A DNA stretch of 64,000 bases, taken from assembly GCF_006345805.1 (NCBI RefSeq), contig NC_043013.1:42966001-43030000 (forward strand), given 5' to 3'. Position 1 is the first letter of the stretch. Each line of letters opens with the position of its first letter. Shown here one piece after another: positions 45,351-57,400 of this stretch. The stretch comes from Octopus sinensis. Its lineage: Eukaryota. The position numbers and the translations under genes were made by a program. The notes beneath the pieces were generated by a model. That model was given only the letters and a program-made list of their open reading frames with translations. It was not told where the DNA came from and made no database searches.

Positions 45351-45652
45351 ACAGATTGGGTTTATTTACATTTGTGAAGAAAAAAAAGATACCCTTCCCC
45401 AACCCCTAACCCTAAATCTAAAATAGATTGAAATGCAATAGATCAATACTAGGGCCATAATTATGGGTGACATTTTCATTTGACACCGCTAGAAAAAAAA
45501 ATCCCATTTTCCGTAGCAGTGTCGTATGAAATTGTCACCCATAATTATAACCCTAGCATCGATCTATTGCATTTCAATCTATTTTAGATTTAGGGTTAGG
45601 GGTGGGGGAAGGGTATCTTTTTTCTTCACAAATGTAAATAAACCCAATCTGT
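45351..45652. repeat. ~300-bp near-perfect palindrome containing TTAGGG/CCCTAA units
   Basis: Arms 45351-45491 and 45514-45652, 22-nt loop. Confidence 0.9.
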
Positions 45653-46639
45653 TTCTTAAAGGAGGGACATATTCATTATGCACAGAATGTTATTTACGTC
45701 AGTGGAGGTAACTGATTGGTTAAAATTGCCGAAATGCAAAACATTTCAGACGAAATATCTTATAAACTATAGAATTTTCTCAATAAAGCCAAGAGAAAAT
45801 GATGTTTTATAAACACATTCTACCAGTATACGAAGTTTAAAACTTTTTAGTTACCTAGAAATTATGTTACAAAGTGCCGTTCAAAAGGAAAAGATCCATT
45901 TTTTTAAAAACAAAGTAAATAAAACACAAAGTAAGGATCGGCTAGTCGCGACTAGCTAGCGCGAGTACGCGCATTGGGACCACTCTTCTTAAGTAGTACC
46001 TTGTTTATTTATTTTTTTTAGGTATATAGTTTAAATGATACTCATATATGGTTACGTAAATTAATCCATGCATTGTGTGTGTGTGTAATTGATACTAATT
46101 CATCCAAGTAACTTGGTAGAGTCATTGTATGAGGCAGGTGCTGAAAAGTTCCTGGCTTTGGATAAAAGAAAATACAGGAGGATCAGTTAATTATGAATTT
46201 ATGTAACATATTCCCCTCTCAGATTCACACATTTATTGCACCAGGCATCCACGCTGGCAAGCCTGATGACAACAATTCAAGAATTGTACTTATTTGTCAA
46301 TTAATTTAAAATAAATTCATTTTCTAATTTCATTTCTCGCAGTTATTACATGATTTAGGGGCCTCCCGTCAATATTATAAAAATGCGGGTGAAACACAAC
46401 ATAACATGCGGTTGTCATGGTAACAAGCTGTTAATGCCTCGCTGTCTGTTGATTGGCTAAAATTACCCAAATTTCCCAACTTTATTTCCAAATAACATCA
46501 GATTCTTTAATTTACGAGATAAAGTAATTGGTTGATCGTAACCAAAATTCAGAGTTGCATTGATACACCAAAACTGAAAGCAATCTGAGCAAAATTAAAA
46601 GGGGCTCATTTTGCGAATGAGAAAGACTAGATTCTCTAT

Positions 46640-47339
46640 GTTCGGAGCTCAAATTCCTCCCGCATCAACTCTGCCTTTCTTCCTTTCCGGGTCGATGTAA
46701 TCAAATTATCTTTCCTCTGAAATTGCAGGCCTTGTGCCTAAATTCGAAATCTATATAACAAGAGTATTGTTTTTTTTTTTGGGCGATCCTTCGGTATAAG
46801 TACCGTAAGTGGCTTTGTTTACATTTCTGAAGATAACAGAAACCCTTTTCTCCCACCCCTCGAAATTCCTACTACAATGCAAGAAATAATTGTTTTTACA
46901 TAATCATAAGCACTTAAATCGTAGAATAAAGGCCAGCCATAAACTGATACTGCCAATCTACTAAATTCTTTTCCTGTAAATGATCATCATGAAATACCTA
47001 CGTTGACTCCAGTGCTCGACTGGTACTAATTTTATCGACCCCAAAAGGATGAATTGAACTTGGAATGTTACGATGGATGGCATGTCGCTAAGAATTTTGC
47101 CTGGCGTGCTAATGATCCTGCCAGCTTGCCGCCCTGACCTGTCCCTAAATTAACACTACACCAACCATCACTGGGCCTAAGCCACAGTACCGCCTCACTC
47201 CAAACTTCTGTTACTCATCTTTCAGCCTCAAATACTATCAACTACAAACTTTATGGCATTCTTTTACATTGGGAAAACAGGGGCCATTGGCTTGCTGAAT
47301 GCTTTCATGAACACATTCAAAGCATTATACTATATATGT
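46640..47339. repeat. Inverted copy of 5521-6150, just upstream of gene B
   Basis: See 5521-6150. Confidence 0.85.
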
Positions 47340-47626
47340 TAGGTCAACTTGTTGCCACCCTCTTCATCAAACTTTGAATCACTCTAACATTTTTCTAACT
47401 ATATTTCTGCAATAAATGACTCAGTTCAGTTTCAGCGTGACAAATTTGAAATTTTTCACTTCATTTTAAAATGTACAAATCAGTGATAGCCACCAAGATT
47501 CGATTTCCCCCTTGTGGAAAAATTTTCAGGAACGTAGAGTTCCGTAAAAGAGAACAAAGTTTGAAGAATTACGGAAGAGATAGTGGAGATCTCTTAGGAA
47601 TGGACCAAATATCAGGCTTGACGCTT

Positions 47627-47644
47627 TGTGCCATCTGGTGGCAA
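47627..47644 (-). promoter_or_regulatory. CTCF-consensus motif in the SAFB-B promoter
   Basis: Minus strand TTGCCACCAGATGGCACA matches the CCACCAG(A/G)(T/G)GGC core; ~155 nt upstream of the ATG. Confidence 0.5.
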
Positions 47645-47796
47645 CACTAAAAGAAGTAGCCTCAACGTCACCACGGATAGAAGGGAGCTAACTGTTGTAT
47701 AGCAAAATATTAAAACAGAATTGCGTCCTAACCAAGTTTCTGCTTCAACGTGAAACCAGTGGATTAAACAAATCTCGACATTCACTTACATATATC

Positions 47797-47931
47797 ATGG
47801 CCAGTGCAAGTGGTGAGATCTCCAGTGACAAGTTGATAGATCTCAGGGTTGTGGATCTCCGCAGTGAACTGGAGAAACGAGGTCTGGACAAGACTGGAGT
47901 AAAGGCCGTGTTGTTGGAACGTTTAGAAAAG
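47797..47931 (+). CDS. SAFB: SAFB-B exon 1 (SAP domain)
   Basis: [45 protein letters not shown]|GTAAGA. Confidence 0.95.
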
Positions 47932-50900
47932 GTAAGAGCGATCTTAATGAGCGACGGTGTTTATTATGTATAATATATATATATATAAAAACATAGTATT
48001 ATAATTATAATAATGTTGGAGGTTTCTTGAACCTTCAAAACTCGTGCAAAAATGTCTAACAGATCAAAATAAACCTATGAGTGTTGAAAAAAATTGATGG
48101 TTTCATTGTGGCGAAAGTCATTTGTAGCCATTTTAAACACAAACCGTTATAATGACTTTTGTTTGTATTTTATAAAAGCATAATTGATTATTTGTTACTA
48201 AGTATGAAAGTCCTTCGTTGTATATCTATCTACCCCTGGTCACCAGCAGCATTTCCCTTATTTACGGGAATCTAATGGAATATAATATCAGTTGTGAACG
48301 GACGGCGAAAAACTGATGCGTAATGGCGGAGTTTCGAAACAAGCTCAAAGCTCACCCACAAAAGTTGGATTTTCACTGTTTTCGCCGCGATTTATGAATT
48401 ACTTTTTGCACCACGAACTCGAAATAAGGTAAATTTTAATGGGGGAAAGCTTGTTAGAAGAACAATAAAAAATAAATAATAAAAAATCACCTCTCTCTCT
48501 CGTATCTTCACTAGCATCCCCATATAAAATCTTTTTCCTTTCATTATTATAGTTCATATTTTGAAACATGTAATTCGAAGAATAATTAAAATCTGGTATT
48601 AGCCATTTTATTATATCCTGCATTCTGAAACATTTCGAATTTCGTCCTTTCGGAGTTGATTAAGATAAGTATCAGTTGAGCAGACGATCATCGTAATCGG
48701 CTGTCTCCCTCCAAATGCTTAGGCCTTCTGCCCATAGTTGAAAGAATTATGAAAGAAAACTTTAATCAGTTTCCAGATCCTTAGATAACCGTATTTTCCC
48801 TTTGTACTTGAACCTAGAAGACTGAAGTATGAAAATATTTCACACGGGTCGTAATTGAACAGAAAAAAAGAATCAGTTTTTAAACATAAGATTTGTCGGT
48901 TAATATAGGGCGTAACAAATATCAGAAAATCAAAAAAAAATGTGTGTAATAGGTGTAAAACAACTTCCTATGAACGAATATGAAAAAAAAAATTCGCGCA
49001 CGCGAAAGGGGGGTGGGGGAGAGGCCTCGGAAAATTCACATCGGGAAGTTCCGAAAGCGTCTGAGGAGCTGACCCGGGCACCAAAACAAAAAAAAAACAG
49101 TGTAATATGTGTAAAACAACTTGCTCTAAACGAATATGACAAAAAAAAATGCGCTCTCGAAAGAGGGGTGGGGGAGAGGCCTCGGAATATTTATATCGGG
49201 ATTTCCGAAAGCGTCTGAACCGGGCACAAAAACAAAAACAAAAACAGCGTAATAGGTGTAAAACAACTTGCTCTAAACGACTATCATGAAAAAAATGCGC
49301 GCTCGCGAAAGGGGGGTGGGGGAGAGGCTTCGGAAATTTCACATCTTCAGTCCACGGCCTTTAAACTAAGAAAAAATAGTGTAATTGGTGTAAAACTACT
49401 TGTTCTAAACGAGTATCAAGAACACACACTCACACATGAATCATAAACTCCGTATTTCGCAAAAAAAAAAAATAAAGAGAAGAAATTCTGGAAAAAGTGA
49501 AGAAATGTTGGATCTCATTCCTTGGTTAAAGCTATTTTAAACCTTAAATTCATGCTTTTCTTTGAAATAGTTCAGATATATGCAATTCTTCTCACTTATT
49601 AAGATGCATTTATCAGAAAAAAAGAGACAGAAAAAATTATTATTTTGTGTCAATCCTTCCCTAATTATCCTTTATTAATTAGTTTTGGCGTGTATTTTTT
49701 TCCCAAATTTATTTTTTCACCTTTACAACACTGTTTAGTAAAGCAATTAATTATCTTTATAATTTGCATATTTGACTTATTAATCAAAATTCTCTAGATG
49801 TAATATATACTAAGTAATGCATCCTTCATTTATGTGTTCCGTTTTGTATTATGCATGCGTGACTGTTTGTATGTAAGTGTGTTTAACTGTGCACATGAAT
49901 GTGAATATTAAAGAACATATTTATTTACTATGATTGTTATTTTCAGAACAAATAAATCTTTTGGCTGTTATGTTATTGATGTTATTATTATTGCTAGTTA
50001 AAGGGTGGTGACTTGGCTGAATATTTTGAGTCTTGTAGTATGTAGTTGTGTTAGTCAATATTCTGAGTTCAAATCCAACTTATTTCTTTATCATCATTAT
50101 CGATGGACCACTCAAAGAGGTATGTATACATTATCATTTTCGTAACATAATTTCTGTAGTATTTCAAGATGTTTCTGACACGTATTTTGATTCACATGGC
50201 GGAGATCCAACATTTCTTCACTTTTTCCAGAATTTCTTCTCTTTATTTATTTTTTTTTGCGAAATACGGAGTTTATGATTCATGTGTGAGTGTGTGTTCT
50301 TGATACTCGTTTAGAACAAGTAGTTTTACACCAATTACACTATTTTTTCTTAGTTTAAAGGCCGTGGACTGAAGATGTGAAATTTCCGAAGCCTCTCCCC
50401 CACCCCCCTTTCGCGAGCGCGCATTTTTTTCATGATAGTCGTTTAGAGCAAGTTGTTTTACACTATTTCGCTGTTTTTGTTTTTGTTTTTGTGCCCGGTT
50501 CAGACGCTTTCGGAAATTCCCGATATAAATATTCCGAGGCCTCTCCCCCACCCCTCTTTCGCGAGAGCGCATTTTTTTTTGTCATATTCGTTTAGAGCAA
50601 ATTGTTTTACACATATTACACTATTTTTTTTTTGTTTTGGTGCCCGGGTCAGCTCCTCAGACGCTTTCGGAACTTCCCGATGTGAATTTTCCGAGGCCTC
50701 TCCCCCACCCCCCTTTCGCGTGCGCGAATTTTTTTTTTCATATTCGTTCATAGGAAGTTGTTTTACACCTATTACACACATTTTTTTTTGATTTTCTGAT
50801 ATTTGTTACGCCCTATATTAACCGATTTGTCCTTCCGTCTCTTACAAGACATTTTAATATTTACGCATAAACATTTCTTTTGACTGCATTTCAATATCTA

Positions 50901-53900
50901 TTAGCAATTTCTTTCAATGAAAAAAAAAAGGGTTTTTTTTGTTATACTAAAACAAAACAAATAATAATCCTTTCTGCTAAAACATGAACTTCGAAATTTT
51001 AGGTGAGGTGTTCGTCGATTACATTGCTTCCAGTATTTGAACGTATTTCATTTTACCGAACCTGAAACCATGAAAAATAAAGTTGACCCCGGCTTGAAAA
51101 TAAACAAGAATAACCTTTTCTATGAACTGGGGAAAACTTTTGGCATTCCTTCGATATAACTCGACAAAATCAAAACATTTCACTTCAGGTATTTCCGTGG
51201 GTTGTAGAGTATATATATAACGAAATTATCATTTTAAACTTGAAGGTAAAAGCCTTGCATATTTGGTCTCACCTGTTTCATGTGTGTATGTAAAATCCGC
51301 AAATTTCCAAGCAGAAAACAAAATCGGACTGTCATTTGCTTCCTCGGAAATACCCGAATTGAAATGTTTTGATTTTGTCGAGTTATATCGAAAGAATGCC
51401 AAACTTTTATATAAAATATATCAGCTGTTACTTTTAAGAAGCTTCGCTGTTGAAAATTTAAAAGCTTTCATTTATTTATTTATTGCTTTCATTAAAATTT
51501 TTTTATTTCTACTTAAATTTTTAGGGCCCACAAAAATTTAATCAATTTTTAGACTCAACTATACGGTGTGTGGCGAAGAATTTAGCCAGAGAATGATATA
51601 TAGGGAACTAGTTTTATTACCAGGAATGGAACGAAAGTACATTTAGAGGCCCTGGCCTGGGTAACAAATGCACAACTCAATAACGATCCTTTTTACATAT
51701 ATTTAATTGTCTTTGAGCGTTCATATTTTATTTTTGCCACGGTTATCCACTAGGTAAGTTTTGTACGAGGGAACTGTACACCTACCTTCGCGTCGTCTGC
51801 TGTCAAGCTGTACTCAATCCCAAACTCACGCCCTGCCCATGCATCCAAAGATAGCAGTTGCTAATGCTAATCCTCGCCTCACGTCTGTTAGTCGCGAGCT
51901 CCAAGGCAAATGAGGACGACCCTGGTCTTCTTTCCCTCACTTCCTCTCTCGCCCATCTTGTTCAATTCAAGCCCCTTGACCGTTGACATCACAGCCCTTT
52001 CCTTCCGGCTCATCTCATCTCCACACACCCCCACCACTAATCTCCAAGATCACCTCACTTCATGTCAAAACCTGCTATCCACCCAGGTGGATTCCTCACA
52101 CTGTGATATCCATAAGGAGGAAGCCTCGTTCTCTTCCTCTCCTCCACCTTCATCGTCTAACAAAACGACACTCCTGTGAACATCCAAAATGTGACGCGGC
52201 ATTCCATCCACAGAAACATTATTTTTGGAGTTAACAGCCATTACTGTTCCACTGAGATGTACAGTGTGCCTTCGGGAGCTTGACTCAGACTTCATCTCCG
52301 ACCTCCACAAAGATAGGATCTCTTCCACTTGGCATTCTGATGGTTTATTTGGATGCTGCCATTCATATCTAACTATCGCTCTGTGTGGCATGGACTCTTT
52401 CTTATTTCTTTACTGCCCACATGGGGCTAAACATAGAGGGGACAAACAAGGACAGACAAAGAGATTAAGTCGATTACATCGACCCCAGTACACAGCTGGT
52501 ACTTAATTTATCAACCCCGAAGGGATGAAAGGCAAAGTCAACCTCGGCGCAATTTGAACTCCGAATGTAATGGCAGACGAAATACCTGTTTCTTTATTAC
52601 CCACAAGGGTCTAAACACAGAGGAGACAAACAAGGACAGACAAACAGATTAAGTAGGTTATATCAACCCCAGTGCGTAACTGGTACTTAATTTATCGACC
52701 TCGGCGGAATTTGAACTCAGAATGTAACGGCAGATGAAATACGGCTACGCATTTCGCCTGGTGTGCTAACATTTCTGCCAGCTCGCCATGGCATGGACTC
52801 TTTGGCCTGTCCTGATCAAGGCGACATATTGTACCAGAATACTGCTTCCAGCAGTGAGATGCGCACCCCCCCTTCTCTCATGGCTTTGATCGTTTGATAA
52901 TGTTACATCCACTGCTAATCGTCTCCAGTTGTACTCTACTGAGATATTTCCCTGCTTGTGCACATCCAGAGCAGGGCCAACAGATTGACACCTATTGCAA
53001 TTCCCGACCACCTTTTGGATGCTCTGCCTAGTAACATCAGCATCAATCCTCCTGGCAAGATACAGGGTTCTATCCATGCCCATATGATGCATGGCATGCA
53101 GTCTCCTTAGCTTCAAGTCCTTTAACTGGCACACTGCAGTTATCCCCTGCTTTAAATTTTCCAGCTTTACCAACCAGACCTTTCTCATTCTGGTTAGAAC
53201 GTCTGCCTTGTTCCTTTCTGCAGGCACAAAACTGCACTCAGCTTCAAGAGCTTTCATGGGCATAATCTTAAACTTCACTGTTATGGTTTAGAAGACTATT
53301 AAATTGGTGGGAGGTAAGAACAGCCCAGAAGAATATCTACTTGCTCTGCAAATTCTTTGCTGAACTCTTTGCCAACCCACACTTCACTGTCTGCGTCTCC
53401 ATACATGGTTTGCATTACTCTCACTAACCATTTACCTAAATACCAGTTTAATAATGAACAGTTCTTTTACTGAGTCTTTTGTTATTTTCAGAATTAGTTG
53501 CAACAAACACAGTGTATTTCAACAGAAATATGATTTTAAAAAAACAAAAAGGTTTAACTAGGATTGAAAGGAAATGGCTCCCACTCTTAAAACTGGTCTT
53601 ACGAGAGAGGAGTCACCACACACTTATTGCTATCATTCCTATTACTAAAACTAATATGATTAATTTGTTATATAGCAAACCAATACAATTTGTGCTAGCA
53701 TTTAAAACCAGATGGTAATAGATTGATGATGATGATGTGTGTGTGTGTGTTACTTCAGATATCTAATGGTTTCTGTACCAACAATTGATAGAGATGTTGT
53801 GCTAATGGAGGTTGAAGGAACTCATCAGTGCTTTTGTTATCTCTTTGCCACAGGCTCTGAAAAGTGATGAAAATCATAAAGATACCGAAGGAAGTGAAGA

Positions 53901-54390
53901 GAAATCAGGTGCAGTTCCATGTCATTTATTTTGGTTATGGTTATTTTGTTTCTTTTGGTTTTATATCAATGTGTGTGTGTGTGTGTGTGTGTGCAGGCAT
54001 GGCTGTATACATAAGATGCTTGCTTTGCAACCATGTGATTTCAGATTCATCCTTGTTGCAGGACACCTTTGGTAAGTGTCCTCTACTAGAAGTCCAAGCT
54101 GTCCAAAAGTCCCAGACTTAGAGAAAATAATCACTGGGGTAGAGTTGTTCAGCTAAAACCTTCATGGCAGTACCTGAGCATAGCCTTAGTCCAGTGACTG
54201 GAACAAGTAAAAGATGAAAGAATATATATATATACTTTATTTAAAGCAGCAGAAAATTCAACAAAACCTGTTACTCTGAGTTTCCCGGGTTTTGTTGAAT
54301 TTTCTGCTGCTTTAAATAAAGCATATTACTCTACCACTGGTATTTGAGTACTCTTTTTTCCACCTTGTTTCACATTTATGTGTTTACTCC

Positions 54391-54445
<55 letters not shown>

Positions 54446-57400
54446 CAAAAACAATATAGTGAACAATTATAATTCAATTAAATTTAAATATTTTATACAA
54501 ACTAATGACACATCTCATAAATATATATATGTATATGTATTTAGTTCCAGCCACCCAACCATTCACTCATCCCTCCAGCTCTCCATGAATGCACACTTTC
54601 TTGCTAGTACTGAATTTGCTGGAGTTTTAATCTTTGAAGAAAATGGCATGATTCCATTATGTATAGGTTAATTTATAATTAGATATCAAATTTGATATTC
54701 ATTTCATTTCTCTTAAATAAATGTTCTTGTTATTTTTCAGACAATTTAGCTGCGTTAGTAAACGTTGAGGTGAGCTTTTTCTTTTTTTCCTAAATTTATT
54801 TCTAACAGTTTTTTTGGACTTGTAATTATCTCAACTTAGTCTTGCTTAATAATTTCACTAAATTACATAAAATACCATTGAAGAATTTTGCCCCATTCTC
54901 ATTCCATGCTGTTTCACAGCCAATGTTAGTTTGGCAAATCACTCCTATACAATTAGTACAAGACTTAAAAATGTAAATACTAGGGACAATTTATTCAGTT
55001 AAACCATGGCTGCAGCCCAATGACTGAAACAGGTAAAAATTAAAAGGTAGTTAATTGTATTAACCTGATTTTTAATAGAATTCACAGATGTTTTATATCA
55101 GCATTTTTCTGAGAATACTTTCATTTCCTTTCTACATCAATTCTTTCTCTCTCACACACACACATCTCATTTTAATTATATATAAAAAAATTATATATAA
55201 TTACACAACAAATTATATAATGTGTCACTTTCTCTAGACATTTTAGCAGTCATGTCTATGTGGACTTTTCTATTGGTTAACTTGGTATTTTGACAATTTT
55301 AGGCTTTCTGTGAAGAGAAATATCTGGAAGAAAATCAGTCTACTGAAGATATTAGTAAGTATCAGAATTATATAACTAAAGATACAGATTTTGTATATGC
55401 ATTTATGTGTGTTAAGATTGTATGTGTATATATTATGTGGTGTGTGTTTCAAATTTTATTGTTGTCTGATCAGCCCTCTCTCTCCCTCTACTTATTGCTT
55501 TCCCTTCTCTTTTCTGAGTTACATTTTAAGACTGCCATACCTCATCTTTAACATTTTCTTGTATCTACTATCATTGTCATACCGTCTTGGGTTGGTGTTG
55601 ATGGCCTCCCCACACCTTTGTCTCCCATTCTCTATAGTCATCTCTGCATACTTCTGACATTCATCTCTGTCACTGTACATCTCTCTCTCTCTCTCTCCCT
55701 CTACTGAGCCTCCCCACTCATAATCTCTCTATTTTCTAGTCTATCTACGGGTTTATTATACTGCTGCTTTCTACCTTTCTTGCACTGCCACTTGTCACCT
55801 CTTCCTTCTTGAGCCATTCCTATTCCTTCCACCTGCCTTTCTCCTCTCATACTGATATTTATGATCAACCACACCTCCAGCATTGTTCCTTTACTACATC
55901 CACCTCCACTCCACTCCCTTCTCTAACCATCTGTTATCACTCTCATTTCTCAGTGTGATGAACATACCCACCCATCTGTCCTGACCTGCTGTCCATATTC
56001 TCTCCTATACTCTCCTTGTTTTATCTTGAGAGTACTCTCTGACACTTTGTCACTACCATCACTGTCTTCTTTCCACTTACTCCCACCCACCCTTACATAA
56101 TGTGGGGTAGCCATGTATTTTCTCTATAAGAAGACACCTGTGCCTGTCTCTCTATCATACTCTGGCCTCTCAACACCTGGCATAACTTCCAACTCTACTG
56201 CAGTCACATTCAATGCTGGGTTCTTTTCCCCCATCTTGCAAGTTACTTGGTGACCTCCCTAGTGTTGGTGTCATGGAAAAAGCACCTAGAACAATGAGTA
56301 CAGTGGTTGACATTTAGAAGGGCATCCAAACCATGTCAGAGCTGACATAGGAGCTTGACACAATTCTCTGGCTCTGTTGGATCCTGTCAAACAGTTTAAC
56401 CTATGCCAGCATCAAAGATGGATGTTAAATGATGATGATTCTTGCAAGAACATTGGTGATAACACTGTGAGATGTATCAGTCATGATAACTTTTTGTTGT
56501 GGCAAGAGTCATTGACGCCCCAAGGGAATTGGAAGAATAGACTTGCCGAACTCTTATAAAATGTAGAGGATAGTAGTAGAGTGGTGTGTTTTTGGTAGTC
56601 TCGCAAAATATGTTGTGTGAACACATTGATTAAACTTCCACTGCATAATTTATCTATACCAACCTGTGGCACGAGATATTCAAAGCTTGCATAGGACGTT
56701 TTTTTCTTTTTTGGTATGAAACTGAAGAAAAAATTATTTAACATGGAATACTTGTTGGCTTGCGTGGTGCAGTTGCAACAGCAACAACAGCAGTTAAAAT
56801 ATCAACAACTACAGCAACAACAACAATACCAATAGTTACTGGAAGTAATGTTGAAGAATTCTGAAATTGCTTCAGGTTCATTCTCATCAGACAGTGCAGC
56901 AAATTCAATTGGAGAATTTATTTATAACCCAGGAGAAGGTCAAGTCACTCCTGGACACTACTGGTAACATGTAACCCAGTACAATCTGTTGCATGCACCG
57001 GGACATTGAGAAATTGGTGACAGCTGGTAGATGTTGTGCACTCAGCAGCCAAAGTACCTCAAGTAAAATACTATCATGTCCTATGAAAAGGCAGTAAGTT
57101 GGCAGAAGCGGTTTGGTAAAAGTTGGTGTATTAGTTCTGCATTGAGCTTGCACTAAACACGTAAGCTGCCGTAATGGTAGTTTTTCGAATAACTGTGTGT
57201 TGGTTCTGTTGCTAGAAATTGGTAAGGGTTTGATTCTCCTGCTCACAATATATTGGACACAGCGGTGCTGTGTTAACCAGCTAGAGGAGATGTCTTCTTG
57301 GAGTTAAAAAGTTGCACTGTAGTCCGTTTGAGTGAAAAACAAGAAAGCTTAGTACAACGCAAAATAAGAGTGCTGTGTGCAAAAATAAATGAAAATATTA

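Noticed and set aside
45390-45610. Interstitial telomere or chromosome-fusion scar
   Set aside because: Only about two hexamers per arm, embedded in a palindromic element
48930-50791. Cluster of 70-124-aa ORFs on both strands
   Set aside because: Products of the subrepeats in the fold-back element; mirror images of each other, no transposase motifs
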